From: Candidatus Latescibacterota bacterium
GTDB taxonomy: Bacteria > Latescibacterota > UBA2968 > GCA-2709665
Assembly (NCBI GenBank): GCA_965205485.1
Contig: OZ242180.1
Span: 4,448,001 to 4,512,000, forward strand
Reading direction: 5' to 3'
DNA length: 64,000 nucleotides
This document shows positions 1-10,728 of this stretch, piece by piece; position 1 is the stretch's first letter; each line of letters starts with the position of its first letter. Made by a program: the position numbers and the translations under genes. The notes under the pieces were generated by a model. It worked only from the letters and a program-made list of their open reading frames with translations. It had not been told where the DNA came from and made no database searches.

Positions 1-460
1 TCACACTGCGAGTCAGGTCGATGACGACGCGCCCGTCCTGATTCACGCCGCGTGTGCGCACCGTCACGATGCCCGCTTCCGGGTGCGACTTCGACTCGCG
101 CCTGGCGAGGACCTCCGTTTCACAGTAGAGCGTATCGCCCACATATACCGGATTGGGGAGCCGGACTTCGCTCCAGCCAAGATTCGCCATCGCCTTCTCG
201 CTCACGTCAGGCACACTCATGCCAACGACGAGTGCGAGCGTAAACGTACTGTTCACCAGGATCTTTCCCCAACGCGTGCCCCGGGCATACACCTCGTCAA
301 AGTGAAGCGGATTGGTATTCAGGGTCAGGTGCGTGAACAACTGGTTGTCGGCCTCCGTCACCGTTCTCCCGAACCGGCTCCGATAGACGTCGCCCACGGC
401 GAAATCCTCATAGCACCGCCCGACCCAGCCCGGTATCACCTTTTTTTCCCCGTTCCCCAT
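1..460 (-). CDS. MaoC-family dehydratase (partial, runs off window start)
   Basis: Manual translation from ATG at 460: MGNGEKKVIPGWVGRCYEDFAVGDVYRSRFGRTVTEADNQLFTHLTLNTNPLHFD...NLGWSEVRLPNPVYVGDTLY; typical MaoC/hotdog motifs; absent from the ORF track because no stop lies in the window. Confidence 0.85.
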   Translation of the reverse strand, partial: MGNGEKKVIPGWVGRCYEDFAVGDVYRSRFGRTVTEADNQLFTHLTLNTNPLHFDEVYARGTRWGKILVNSTFTLALVVGMSVPDVSEKAMANLGWSEVRLPNPVYVGDTLYCETEVLARRESKSHPEAGIVTVRTRGVNQDGRVVIDLTRSV

Positions 461-542
461 ACCGTACCCCGGTCCACCTTCACCCGACTGTTAAAAGTTC
501 GCGTTTCCGCGCCAACGCGGCGTATCCGAATCCCCTTTTTGG

Positions 543-571
543 TTGACATCCCGGCTATGATCGTCCATAAT
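543..571 (+). promoter_or_regulatory. sigma70-like promoter for MFS operon
   Basis: TTGACA-17 nt-CATAAT upstream of ATG 636. Confidence 0.6.
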
Positions 572-635
572 ATGATTTCGCCGCATTTTGTTGTCCAGCG
601 CTTTCGAACGCGAATCGCCATAACCCGGTTCAACA

Positions 636-1862
636 ATGTCCGAACCATCCTCCGCAGGCTTCCAGGAGTTGCTGAACCGCCGGTTCGTCGCCCTTCTCGC
701 CGTTTCCTTTCTTGCCAGTTTCGTCTCCTCGCCCCTCTACTCCTCGCTCCTTCCCGTGTACGTGGAAGCCGGCCTTGCCCGGTCGCCTCTCTTTTCGGCC
801 GGTCTGCGCGGACTTTTCTTCACGCTGGGTGGGCTCTGTTCCATTCCCGCCGGCATGCTGTGCGATGCCTTTGGCATCAAACGGGTGTTCATCCTTGGCC
901 AGTTCGGTCCGCTGCTGGCGGGCGCGATCTTTCTCACGGGCGACCCGTATCTCCTGTCGGCACTCTGTATCGGCCTGGGCATGACGTTCGGTTTCAGCAG
1001 TACGGGCGGACAGAGCTATCTTCTGGGTTCGGTCGCCCCCCGCGTGCTGGGCATGGCCTCGGGCGGATATTTCCTGAGCAGCACACTCGGGAGCGCCGCG
1101 GGCAATCTGCTGGCCGGTCCCATTGCCGACAACCTGGGATACGAGCGGCTGGGGCATCTTGCCTGCGCAACCGCCGCGGGGATCGTGTTTTTGTCGCTTG
1201 TCCTGTTGCCCAGCCTTCCACGTCCCGCTAACAACGAAAGATCGGCCGCACGCTCTCTGGCGGGCTTTATCGACCTCTGCCGGCGGCGGGAAGTACGCCT
1301 GCTGCTCGCCATCCGGTACCTGCCCACGAGCTACTGGGGCGCCGTGACCCTGCTCATACCTCTGCTCATCTTCCGCGTCTCCGGAACCAACACGTCCGTC
1401 ACCACGTACAGCGCCATCAGCCTTGTCGCCGCATGCGGCTCGCAATTGCTCACCGGCCGGCTCGTCGATCGCATCGGCCGCTGGAAGCCCGTCGTCATCT
1501 CATCCTCGCTTGTGGCCGTCAGCGCGGTGGGTCTGACGTTTACGGCGCATACGCTGGCGGGACTGTACATCTTCGGGATCGTGGCGTCGGTTTTCGCCTG
1601 GTCCCTCTCCACCACCATGCCCGGTATACTCCAACTGACCGCCCGTGAAGGCGAAGAGGGCCGCGTGGTCGGCAGCGCGCACGTCGCCTGGAGCGCCGGC
1701 ATGCTCTCGGGAAGCCTGGGCGGCGGCAAACTCATCGACTGGGGCACGTCCCTGCCCTTCGCTATCGGCACGGTCTTCGCCCTGGGGGCGGTTGCCTGCG
1801 GCATAGGCCTCTACTACGCTCACAGGGCGTCGGATCCCGGTCCCGGACGCCTTCCGGCATAA
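636..1862 (+). CDS. MFS transporter
   Basis: 408 aa, about 12 hydrophobic segments, motif-A-like GMLCDAFGIKR and GRLVDRIGRW. Confidence 0.9.
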   Translation: MSEPSSAGFQELLNRRFVALLAVSFLASFVSSPLYSSLLPVYVEAGLARSPLFSAGLRGLFFTLGGLCSIPAGMLCDAFGIKRVFILGQFGPLLAGAIFLTGDPYLLSALCIGLGMTFGFSSTGGQSYLLGSVAPRVLGMASGGYFLSSTLGSAAGNLLAGPIADNLGYERLGHLACATAAGIVFLSLVLLPSLPRPANNERSAARSLAGFIDLCRRREVRLLLAIRYLPTSYWGAVTLLIPLLIFRVSGTNTSVTTYSAISLVAACGSQLLTGRLVDRIGRWKPVVISSSLVAVSAVGLTFTAHTLAGLYIFGIVASVFAWSLSTTMPGILQLTAREGEEGRVVGSAHVAWSAGMLSGSLGGGKLIDWGTSLPFAIGTVFALGAVACGIGLYYAHRASDPGPGRLPA

Positions 1863-2008
1863 ATCCGCCCTGAACGTCGACGTCCGGTTCGGCGCGCAGG
1901 ATGCGCTTGCGCACCGGTCCCAGATCCGTATATTCGTCCGCATCCCGCCTCCGCCGTCAGAAGGGGCCTCGATTCCGCAATACTGATATCAGTTAACAGG
2001 GGTATTCA

Positions 2009-3181
2009 ATGGATGACATTCGCATCGGCCTCGTCGGCCTCGGACACAGGGGCCTGCACTGGCTCCGTATGCTGCAACGCCTCCGCGGCTACCGGATCAC
2101 GGCCGTTTGCGACCCCATCGCCGCACTGCACGAACGCGCGCTCGCCGCGCTCGATCATCCGGCCACAGCGTATGCGGAGTACGAGGACCTCCTGGCCGAC
2201 CGCAGCGTGGACGCCGTCGCCCTCTGCGTCCGCTGCAGGGAACAGGGCGCGCTGGCGGCGATGGCCCTGGAAGCCGGCAAACACGTGAACTCCGAAGTGC
2301 CCGCGGCCCACACCCTGGAAGACTGCTGGCGGATCGTCACCCAGGTTGAACGCACGGGCCTGGTCTACCATCTGGCCGAGCAGACGAGGTACTGGGGTTT
2401 CGTGGACACCTGGCGGGACCTCGTGGCGCAGGGACGGCTGGGCAGGGTCACCTTCTGCGAAGGCCAGTATATCGGTTACTACGGCACGCGCCAGTTCTTT
2501 CAGGATCCGCACACGGGAGCGTTCCATACGATCGAGCAACTGGGGGAACATTCCGGGGCCAGACCGACGTGGCTGCACGAAATGCCGCCCATCCACTACC
2601 TGCCTCACGAACTCAGTCCCATGCTTCGGGTGCTGAACGACCGGGTGGTGGAAGTGACGGCCATGAGCACATCCGGGCCCAGTTATTCCCATCCCGAAAT
2701 CGACCAGCCCGACATCCAGGTGGCGCTCATGAAAACCGAAAAGGATGCGATTCTGCGGATGGCCGCCGGATTCACACAGAAAATCCCGAGCAGCCGGGGT
2801 CACCATTGGTACCAGGTGCTCGGCACGAGGGGCAGCGTTGAATGGAAGCGTTCTCAGAGAGGGCGACCGCTCATGTGGCTGGCCGACGATCAGATGCACG
2901 ACATGGCCGAGGTCGACTGGCGTTTCGAGCGAACCGACGCGCCGCCCGAAGCGCGAGCGAGCGGCCACGGCGACGCCGACTATTACGTGCACGCCGCGTT
3001 TCGCGACGCCGTCCGCGATGGGAAGGCCCTGGAGTTCGACGTCTACCGGGCAATCGAGACAGCCGCGCCGGCCATTCTCGCGGCAGACTCCATCGATCGC
3101 GGCTCCAGGCCGTTGAACGTGCCCGAATTTCGTCCCACAGACGCCAGGCCCGATGGCGATTTGCCCCGGGAGGCCGGCTGA
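2009..3181 (+). CDS. Gfo/Idh/MocA family oxidoreductase
   Basis: IRIGLVGLGHRG Rossmann motif, AGKHVNSEVP, GHGDADY. Confidence 0.9.
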   Translation: MDDIRIGLVGLGHRGLHWLRMLQRLRGYRITAVCDPIAALHERALAALDHPATAYAEYEDLLADRSVDAVALCVRCREQGALAAMALEAGKHVNSEVPAAHTLEDCWRIVTQVERTGLVYHLAEQTRYWGFVDTWRDLVAQGRLGRVTFCEGQYIGYYGTRQFFQDPHTGAFHTIEQLGEHSGARPTWLHEMPPIHYLPHELSPMLRVLNDRVVEVTAMSTSGPSYSHPEIDQPDIQVALMKTEKDAILRMAAGFTQKIPSSRGHHWYQVLGTRGSVEWKRSQRGRPLMWLADDQMHDMAEVDWRFERTDAPPEARASGHGDADYYVHAAFRDAVRDGKALEFDVYRAIETAAPAILAADSIDRGSRPLNVPEFRPTDARPDGDLPREAG

Positions 3182-4893
3182 TGCAGATCGGCATTGTGAC
3201 AGACCGTTCCAAGCTATCGGCGTACATCGCCGAGATCCTCAAGACATGGGGTCTGCCGCTCTACGCGCCGGTCTCAGGTGACATGGTGCCCGGTCTGGAT
3301 CCCGCCGATTTCCCGGTGCTTGTTTGTCCGGCCTATCACGATGAAGCCACGCTGCCCGACTACGCCCGCCGGGGAGGCACGGTTCTCTGCTTCCTACCGG
3401 GAAGGGCGCTTGCGCGGGCGGCCGGGCTGAAGGTGCGGGGCACGAAAGAGCCACCGCTGCGCCTGCGCAACGTCGCGTATCCCACCGGCGGCCTGGCAGG
3501 CGAATTCGTTCCGGTTGTGGGGTCCGTTCACACGTGGGAACTCTCGGAAGCCGCGAAACCGCTGGCCTATCTGTCTCACCCGGGGCGCTATCGCGGCGAA
3601 ACCGCGGGCATTGCGGAGACCCGTGTCGGCGGGGGGCGAATCGTCGCCTTCGCCTTTGACCTGCCCCGCTGCGTTCTCTTGCTGCGGCAGGGCGATCCAG
3701 ACCTTGCCGAAAGCATTCCCGACGGAGACGGCTGCGCACGGCCTACCCACATGGCGGCCCGCGTGGGTCCCTACGATGCCGGATGGATCCCCCATGCAGA
3801 CCTGCTTTCGCGGCTGTTCACAGACCTCGCCCGCAGGTACCTGCCTGCGCCGGTTCCCGTCCTGTCCCATCTTCCCCGGACCGCGCCGGGCATCCTGCTC
3901 TACTCCGGCGACGAGGACTACGCCGACGTGGCGTCGAACGAGGACGAGTTCGACGGTGTCGCCGACGCGGACGGGCGCATGAGCCTGTATATCATCCCCA
4001 ACCACACGAAGTCCACGCCCGACGACGTGGCAAGATACGCGAGACGCCACGACGTCGGACCGCATCCGAACCTTCGTCCGCTGGACGGACGTCCCGTACC
4101 GGAACGCGTTGCCGAGTTCGAGCGCCAGGTCCGCCTGTTCGAGGAGACGTTCCGGATTCCCGCACGCACCTTACGCAATCACTGCACGGCATGGGCGGGC
4201 TATCTGGACCTCGTGGACGTCATGGAAAAACTGGGCGTGCAGATGGACGGCAACTATTTTTCCGGGACCTATATGAGAGACAGAGAGAACGCGCCCTACG
4301 CCTCCTTCGGTGCGGCGCTTCCCATGCGCTTCTGCCACCCGGACGGGCGCCTCGTCAACGTCTATCAGCAGCACACCCACCTCATCGACGACGGCATGTT
4401 CGGCCCGCAGGATTATTCTTACAAGCTGTCGCCGGCCGTATTCTCGGTGATGCTCGAGCGCATTTTCACCGATATCACGACCCGTTTCCACACACCCTAC
4501 GGCGTGTGCATCCATCCGGGAAACTGGGTGCGGTTTTCGGAGGAACAGGGCCGGGAACTGTTACGCCTGGCAAACGAAAAAGGCCTGCCAATCTGGTCCT
4601 TCGACCAGTGGGCGGCCTTCTGGAGCGCACGCGATACGTGGCGCCTCGCCGACCTGCAATGGAACGGTTCGAAACTCGGTTTCAACCTGCAGGGGGGTTC
4701 GCCTCACCCCGATCTTCGCATCCAGATCCCGCTTCAGTTCGCCGGCGCGTCGGTCGGCGAAATCCGTGTGGACGGGAACGCGGTGCGTCCTGACTCGAAC
4801 GTCCGGTACCGCGAACCCGTCGGCTTCGTGTCCATTCCCGAAGGTCGATCCAACGTTTCGATCGAGGCCGTCTACCACCCGAATCCCAATTGA
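3181..4893 (+). CDS. hypothetical protein with C-terminal polysaccharide-deacetylase-like domain
   Basis: TGATG translational coupling to upstream gene; SGDED, GPHP, RNH, IHP motifs resemble a NodB-like barrel. Confidence 0.6.
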   Translation: MQIGIVTDRSKLSAYIAEILKTWGLPLYAPVSGDMVPGLDPADFPVLVCPAYHDEATLPDYARRGGTVLCFLPGRALARAAGLKVRGTKEPPLRLRNVAYPTGGLAGEFVPVVGSVHTWELSEAAKPLAYLSHPGRYRGETAGIAETRVGGGRIVAFAFDLPRCVLLLRQGDPDLAESIPDGDGCARPTHMAARVGPYDAGWIPHADLLSRLFTDLARRYLPAPVPVLSHLPRTAPGILLYSGDEDYADVASNEDEFDGVADADGRMSLYIIPNHTKSTPDDVARYARRHDVGPHPNLRPLDGRPVPERVAEFERQVRLFEETFRIPARTLRNHCTAWAGYLDLVDVMEKLGVQMDGNYFSGTYMRDRENAPYASFGAALPMRFCHPDGRLVNVYQQHTHLIDDGMFGPQDYSYKLSPAVFSVMLERIFTDITTRFHTPYGVCIHPGNWVRFSEEQGRELLRLANEKGLPIWSFDQWAAFWSARDTWRLADLQWNGSKLGFNLQGGSPHPDLRIQIPLQFAGASVGEIRVDGNAVRPDSNVRYREPVGFVSIPEGRSNVSIEAVYHPNPN

Positions 4894-4900
4894 GCCCACC

Positions 4901-5716
4901 GTGACGAACCGACCTCTCAGAATCATCGTTTTCGGGGCCCATCCGGACGACTGCGACATTAAAGCCGGCGGCCTTGCAATCAACTACGCGGCTCTGGGTG
5001 ACGAGGTCCGATTCGTCTCCATGACGAACGGAGACGCGGGCCACCACGAAACGGGGGGCATTGCGCTCGCTCGCAGGCGCCGGGCGGAGGCCGAAGCCGC
5101 CGGAGCCGTGGCGGGCATCGAATACCTCGTAACGGACATCCACGACGGAGAGCTGGAGCCCACGCTGGAGAACCGCAAGCACGTCATCCGCATGATCCGT
5201 TCCTACACGCCGGACCTCATTCTCACCCATCGGCCCAATGACTATCATCCGGACCATCGGTACACGGGCATCCTCGTCCAGGACGCCGCGTATATGGTCA
5301 CCGTCCCGAACGTCTGTACGGACGTTCCCGCGCTGGCGTACAATCCGGTTATCGCCTACATGAGCGACAGCTTCAGGGTTCCCGCGCCGTTTACGCCCGA
5401 GGTCGCAATCGACATCGACGCGGTCGTCGAAAAAAAGCTCGATATGCTGCACTGTCACACCTCGCAGATGTACGAATGGTTGCCCTTCAACGCCGGAAGG
5501 CTCGACGAAGTGCCGAAGTCCCCCCGTCAGCGCAGGAAATGGCTGGAACACCGCCTGGGACAATTCAGGGCGGTTGCCGATCGCCATCGGGACATTCTCG
5601 TGGAGCGTTACGGCGAAAGCCGCGGACGCGCCATACAATATGCCGAGGCCTTCCAGGTCTGCGAATACGGCGGCGCCCTCCCGCCCGAAGACATTCCCGT
5701 CCTGTTCCCCTTTTGA
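4901..5716 (+). CDS. PIG-L/LmbE family N-deacetylase
   Basis: GAHPDD and DYHPDH zinc motifs; GTG start assumed at 4901. Confidence 0.9.
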   Translation: MTNRPLRIIVFGAHPDDCDIKAGGLAINYAALGDEVRFVSMTNGDAGHHETGGIALARRRRAEAEAAGAVAGIEYLVTDIHDGELEPTLENRKHVIRMIRSYTPDLILTHRPNDYHPDHRYTGILVQDAAYMVTVPNVCTDVPALAYNPVIAYMSDSFRVPAPFTPEVAIDIDAVVEKKLDMLHCHTSQMYEWLPFNAGRLDEVPKSPRQRRKWLEHRLGQFRAVADRHRDILVERYGESRGRAIQYAEAFQVCEYGGALPPEDIPVLFPF

Positions 5717-5743
5717 CCAGGTGGGGCGGACATCGCCGGGTCG

Positions 5744-7459
5744 CTAAAAGTCGTTCACCATTCGTACATGCACCTTTCCGCGACCCGGACTGTCGGTTCT
5801 CGCGAGGCCGTAATCGAGACCGATGGTCCCGACCCGGGATACGGTTCGAATCCCAAATCCGAATCCAATAGGGAAGAGCAACCCCTGCTCTTCGCCGCCC
5901 GAGGCGTCCCCCAGAACACCGGAATCGACAAAGAGAAACGCCCTTGACCGGCGCGCCAGAATAACCCGCCACTCCAGATTCATCCAGAACGCCCGATTCA
6001 CCAGAAACGCCTCCTCGCGATAGCCCCGTATAGTCGTGGCTCCTCCCAATCGCAACGGCCCGTCCGGAAGCCCGACCCCGGTTTCGGCCACACCCGCGGC
6101 GTGCAGTGAGGCAGCCAATGCGGTCCGCCGTCCCAGCGGAAGAATTCGATGCAGGTCCGCGGTTGCGCGCAACCTCCGGCCGGCCCCGCCGGTCTGCGTC
6201 ACGCGGCTCCACACCAGACCCGCGCGATAAAGCGAACCCGACGTGGGATTCCATCGATCGTTCCGCCGGTCCAGCTCAAACGCACCGTCCAGAGACGTTA
6301 TACGACCCTTCGCAAACCCGTTCGCCCCGCTCGAATCCGGCCGGACACCGCCCCTGGAAGCACCCAGCCGGACCTCGGCGCCACGGGCAGTGGACAGAAT
6401 GACGCCGAGGCTCATGCGGTTTTCGGCGAATCCGGGCCGCTGCCGCATCAGGAGCCCCATGTCCAGGCCCAAAGGCCGCCTCAGGATCCAGGGTTCATGG
6501 TATCGCAGGTCCAGATCGGACGCCCCGTTCCCGCTGCGCGACCAGGAGGCGTCCGCCCGCCTCCCGGTTCCGAGCAGATTCACGAACGCGGTCGCGAACG
6601 ATCCGGTAAGACCCTGGACGCCATCGCGCGATGCGGGCACAACGCCCACGACGCCTTCGGCCCTGCCTGCCGGGGCCTCGTGGACGGAAACGACCAGCGC
6701 CGTACGTCCGTCGGGTTCGGTCACCAACAACGGGTCATCCACGTCCAGCAGAAACGGAAGACGTCTGAGCGCACGAAGCGCCCGGTCGACCCGTCGCTGG
6801 TCGTAGGGGCCGCCCCGCGCCATCCGCATTTCCCGGAGAAGCGTTTCGACACGGGTGATCCGGTTGCCCGTGAAGCGGATCGTATCCACCCGCACAAAGG
6901 GACCTTCGTCCACCGCTATCCAGACCTGTGCAGATCGGCTGCCGGTCAATAAGCGCACCTCGGGCGCCAGCGAACAATAGGGGAACCCGCGGTTCTCGTA
7001 GAACCTGAGGAGCGCTTCGATATCGATCTCCAGGGATTCCCTGATTAACGGCGACCCGCCGCGCGAAAACATCTCGTTCTTCAGCGAGTCCGTGGAAGCA
7101 TATCCATTTCCTGTAATCCGGATCGTGTCGATGAGGGTCCGTCGGCCTTCTTCGATCCGAAATCGCACCCGCCCCCGGTTCGGCTCCACCTCCGGAAACG
7201 CAACGGAGACCTGCCAGTAGCCCTCACTCACATAGCCTTCCAGTATTCGCGCCATATCCTGCTCAAGCAGCAGGCTGTCCAGAGGCATGCCGGCCCGCGT
7301 CATCAGCCAGCCCCGAACGCGGTCCTCGGAAATCCGGTGCGCCCCGTCGACCCGCACCTGCCGTACGAGCACGCGATCTGCCGCAAACACGTCTCCCGAT
7401 ACGCCCACTACGAACGATATGACGAGGCCGCAGGGCCATATACGTAACTGTCTTAACAC
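5744..7459 (-). CDS. BamA/TamA (Omp85) family outer-membrane protein with POTRA domains
   Basis: Signal peptide, POTRA repeats (ITGN, FTGN), LGGATTIRGY motif, C-terminal Phe. Confidence 0.85.
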   Translation of the reverse strand: MLRQLRIWPCGLVISFVVGVSGDVFAADRVLVRQVRVDGAHRISEDRVRGWLMTRAGMPLDSLLLEQDMARILEGYVSEGYWQVSVAFPEVEPNRGRVRFRIEEGRRTLIDTIRITGNGYASTDSLKNEMFSRGGSPLIRESLEIDIEALLRFYENRGFPYCSLAPEVRLLTGSRSAQVWIAVDEGPFVRVDTIRFTGNRITRVETLLREMRMARGGPYDQRRVDRALRALRRLPFLLDVDDPLLVTEPDGRTALVVSVHEAPAGRAEGVVGVVPASRDGVQGLTGSFATAFVNLLGTGRRADASWSRSGNGASDLDLRYHEPWILRRPLGLDMGLLMRQRPGFAENRMSLGVILSTARGAEVRLGASRGGVRPDSSGANGFAKGRITSLDGAFELDRRNDRWNPTSGSLYRAGLVWSRVTQTGGAGRRLRATADLHRILPLGRRTALAASLHAAGVAETGVGLPDGPLRLGGATTIRGYREEAFLVNRAFWMNLEWRVILARRSRAFLFVDSGVLGDASGGEEQGLLFPIGFGFGIRTVSRVGTIGLDYGLARTDSPGRGKVHVRMVNDF

Positions 7460-7469
7460 GGCGTACCTT

Positions 7470-10400
7470 TCAGAAAAGAGCCCGCATTTCCATGCGCCCG
7501 AGATGCAGGAGGGATCTTCCGGGACGCTTGCGACCGTCGTAAAGGGCCATGGCCGTCAGATACCGGCCCAGCCGGTAGTCAACGCCCAGACGCCAGCCCA
7601 CATTGTTTCCCACCCGGTTTCCGTCGGCCATTCTCAGAAACAACGGCATGGGTCCCGAACCGAGAACACGGGTCCAATCACAGGATACCCTCAACCGCCC
7701 ACGGCCGGGAAGGGCGCGCCGGATTTCCGGACGGACGGACACAAAGCGGGCAACCAGCGCCCGGTTCTCCTCCCGGTCCCTGCCGACAGACAGTTCCACG
7801 CGGGTCTGCAACGACCTGGGCGGGTTCCGGTACCCGTTCATTGAAATCCGGCGCGATCGGATCCGGTAGAAAAAGGGTCCGTCACCGGGCCGGTCGCGCG
7901 TCTCACCGTGCAGCTCCAGCTCCAGGGATGACGTCCTCCCAAGCGCGAACCGTCCCAGCGCCGACGCCTGCGAACTCGTCTCCAGCGCACCGCCCGTGAA
8001 GTCCCGGTCCACGCGGGAACCCCGGCGGGCGGATAGACGCAGCGTGGCGGGACGGCCGTATCGAAACAGGTAGAGCCGCGTCCTCAGTTCGCGCCGGCCG
8101 TTCAGCATCCCCTCCCCGTAACCGAAACCGTACAGGTTCCAGGGCGCCACGCCGGCATTGCCCGGCGGCGCCTGACGGTCGGCTTCCAGCGACATGTCGA
8201 GCGACAGGCCTGAGAGAAGTCGCAGCCACCTCCCATTCGGAGATCGCAGCAAACGCTTGAATACAAGTTCAGTCCGCGCCGCAAGAGCCGCGTCACGCAC
8301 GGGGCGGAACCCAACGGACGGACTGAAGAACCGCACGTACTCGCCATCCGTGTCGGCCACGAATTCCTCAGGATCCCGGCGCCCGTCGCCGTCCACGTCT
8401 TCCCACACATGCGTGCCTCTGCCGCGTCCGACGTCGATAAACACCGGCTCACCGTCCGGCGCCCCGGTACTGGAGATTCGATAAAAGAATCTGTGCGAAA
8501 CCGCGCCGTTCAGGACGTCGTACCCCCATCGTACGCGGGCAAGGTCCGTAATCCGCCCGTTCTGAGGATACAGGGGCGAACTCGTCCTGCTCCTGCTGTA
8601 TTCCCCGGAAAACGACAGCCCGCGCCAGCCGGACATCGAGGCGCGGTGGGTCGTCGTCCATGCCCGCAGGCTGTCCTGCCACGCCCGCTCCAGGAGGTGT
8701 ATCCTCCGGATTGAAATCTCCGAGGTCCATGCCAGCGCGTCCATCACGCGTGTGGAGAGGTCCATCGCCCCCGCCCGGATGCGTATTCCGCGATGTGCGG
8801 AATCGGGCGCGGTGGCGTAGAACAGCGTGGAATGAGGTACCGACGACCCAGTTACCGTTTCCGACTCGATACGAAACCCCGGCGAAATCCCTCGCACACG
8901 CGTCCGGATGCGTCCCCGATGCCGGGCCAACATTCCAGACCCGTGGGACACCTCGTCGAATCGATAGAATACCTGGGGCCCGCGCGCATCGGAAATCTGC
9001 AGCCCGACGTCGCGCCGGACCGCGTTCACCTTTCCGTGGCGCCTGCCGTAGCCGGCGTCGACCCGGATGCCGGGCCTCAGGGCGTACTGCAATGCGACTT
9101 CGCCCATCCGGTCTCCGGCCTGCGGACCGTCGGCCTGCCAGCCCCACCGCCCCTCGCGCGTTATCCTCACGGGCCTCTCGATGCCGCGGAACTGCGCGCC
9201 GATCTGCCTGAATGCCCCGGTCAGTCGAAACCGCCCGATGCCATATCCGCCCAGACGCAGCGCGTCCGGCCACAGATCCAGTCCCAGCCTGAACGCGCGG
9301 CCACGCCGCTGCTGATGCGCGTCCACCTGCGCGGGCGCGTGGCTCAGCGCCAGTTCGCCGTCGAACCGTACGCCACCAACCGGTTCATACGCCGCGTCCA
9401 TCACAGCCAGTTGATGTCGAACCGGATGAAAAGGAGGTGCGGAAACGCCGACACCCGGGACCGGTCCGTCGCGGTCAGCCTCCCGTATGAACGTGCCACC
9501 CAGCTTCAGCCGGTCGCCGGAAAGCGCGAGCGTGCCGCGCGCGCCCACCAGACGCCGGCGCGAACCGGGCGCCTCGTACTGGTACTCCACGGTAATGCGG
9601 CTCTGTCCGGTTACCGGCCTGACGGGGGTAAACGTGATTGTGGACATTTCGTAGTCCACGACGTAGTCCTGGCTTTCGCCACGCCGCAACCGACGTCCGT
9701 CCTGCCAGACCCGTTCCGAACCCGCTACAATCCGTCCGCCCGCCGACCCGGCGTCGCCGGGCAACCGGTACGGGCCCTGATATCCTTCGACGGGAATGAG
9801 TCGGTGGCTGATCCAGCGTCCATCCGCGGCGGCCCCGAAGACTTTCAGGTCGGTCCCGGAAGACGAAAACGCGACGTGTGCGCCCTGAAGTCTGCGGCGG
9901 TACCTCCCGAACGCGGTGCCGTCAAACGCAACGTCCAGATCGCCGAGCGATGCGGATAACTTCCGTGAACGGACCTGAAACATCACGCGGTCCAACTCCT
10001 GCAGGCTGCGTGTGCTTCCGTCGAACCCCAATGGAAGGTTCCGGTCGGACAGCAGAGCGGTTACTTTGACGCCGTCCGCCATCTCTCCCGTAATGTGGAC
10101 CCGCAGCGCCTGGCTGAGCTCCAGATCGCGATTCCCGCCAACGGAGACCTGAATTCGCTTGGAGCCACCCACGTCGAGACGTGACTGCGCCTCGCCGTAC
10201 GCCTCGGGCGCCTTCGCTTTCGCGCGTCGCCACCGGCGGCTGGCCAGGGCCGGCCGTACCGGCGCCGGTTGGATGTCTCGTTCTCGACGCCTGTAAACCC
10301 GGGACAGCACCCGTGGCATCTGCCGGAACCGGACCAGTATCTCGACGCCGCGCGGCCGCGCCCGAGCCAGCACCAGCAACCCGTCGGCGTCGTCCATGGT

Positions 10401-10625
10401 GTAGTCCGCGTCCCTGACGAGCAGGCTGTCCCCCACCCAGACCCGTTCGCTGTCCTTCAGAATGGGCCGGTCCGAAATACGAAAGGGCCCACGGCCGCCG
10501 TCCGCCCGAATGGTCCGTTCCATGTCGAAGACGGTCAGCCGTTCAGGCGGCGGCGCCGCACCTGCCGTGGTGAACAGGCCGGCGCAGATTATGAAGGCCT
10601 GCCGGATGGAAACGCTTTTGAGCAT
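7470..10625 (-). CDS. large putative outer-membrane beta-barrel protein
   Basis: About 1050 aa; signal-like N-terminus from ATG 10625 (ORF open to 10727); amphipathic beta strands; ends in Phe; two copies of an SERV..G..L....DY..D module. Confidence 0.65.
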   Translation of the reverse strand: MLKSVSIRQAFIICAGLFTTAGAAPPPERLTVFDMERTIRADGGRGPFRISDRPILKDSERVWVGDSLLVRDADYTMDDADGLLVLARARPRGVEILVRFRQMPRVLSRVYRRRERDIQPAPVRPALASRRWRRAKAKAPEAYGEAQSRLDVGGSKRIQVSVGGNRDLELSQALRVHITGEMADGVKVTALLSDRNLPLGFDGSTRSLQELDRVMFQVRSRKLSASLGDLDVAFDGTAFGRYRRRLQGAHVAFSSSGTDLKVFGAAADGRWISHRLIPVEGYQGPYRLPGDAGSAGGRIVAGSERVWQDGRRLRRGESQDYVVDYEMSTITFTPVRPVTGQSRITVEYQYEAPGSRRRLVGARGTLALSGDRLKLGGTFIREADRDGPVPGVGVSAPPFHPVRHQLAVMDAAYEPVGGVRFDGELALSHAPAQVDAHQQRRGRAFRLGLDLWPDALRLGGYGIGRFRLTGAFRQIGAQFRGIERPVRITREGRWGWQADGPQAGDRMGEVALQYALRPGIRVDAGYGRRHGKVNAVRRDVGLQISDARGPQVFYRFDEVSHGSGMLARHRGRIRTRVRGISPGFRIESETVTGSSVPHSTLFYATAPDSAHRGIRIRAGAMDLSTRVMDALAWTSEISIRRIHLLERAWQDSLRAWTTTHRASMSGWRGLSFSGEYSRSRTSSPLYPQNGRITDLARVRWGYDVLNGAVSHRFFYRISSTGAPDGEPVFIDVGRGRGTHVWEDVDGDGRRDPEEFVADTDGEYVRFFSPSVGFRPVRDAALAARTELVFKRLLRSPNGRWLRLLSGLSLDMSLEADRQAPPGNAGVAPWNLYGFGYGEGMLNGRRELRTRLYLFRYGRPATLRLSARRGSRVDRDFTGGALETSSQASALGRFALGRTSSLELELHGETRDRPGDGPFFYRIRSRRISMNGYRNPPRSLQTRVELSVGRDREENRALVARFVSVRPEIRRALPGRGRLRVSCDWTRVLGSGPMPLFLRMADGNRVGNNVGWRLGVDYRLGRYLTAMALYDGRKRPGRSLLHLGRMEMRALF

Positions 10626-10728
10626 AAAAAAAGGGTCCGACGTCAGGAAAGCCGGGTTCTGACCCTGGCCCTCAAGACCCCGCGGCCCCTCCTTCCGAAT
10701 CCTGATTGGGACGTTCGGACTGAACACC

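Noticed and set aside
83..1445. Long alternative-frame and antisense ORFs (e.g. 83-1231, 630-1445, 35356-36777, 49953-51449, 51047-52471)
   Set aside because: They shadow well-supported genes on other frames or strands and are expected in high-GC DNA.
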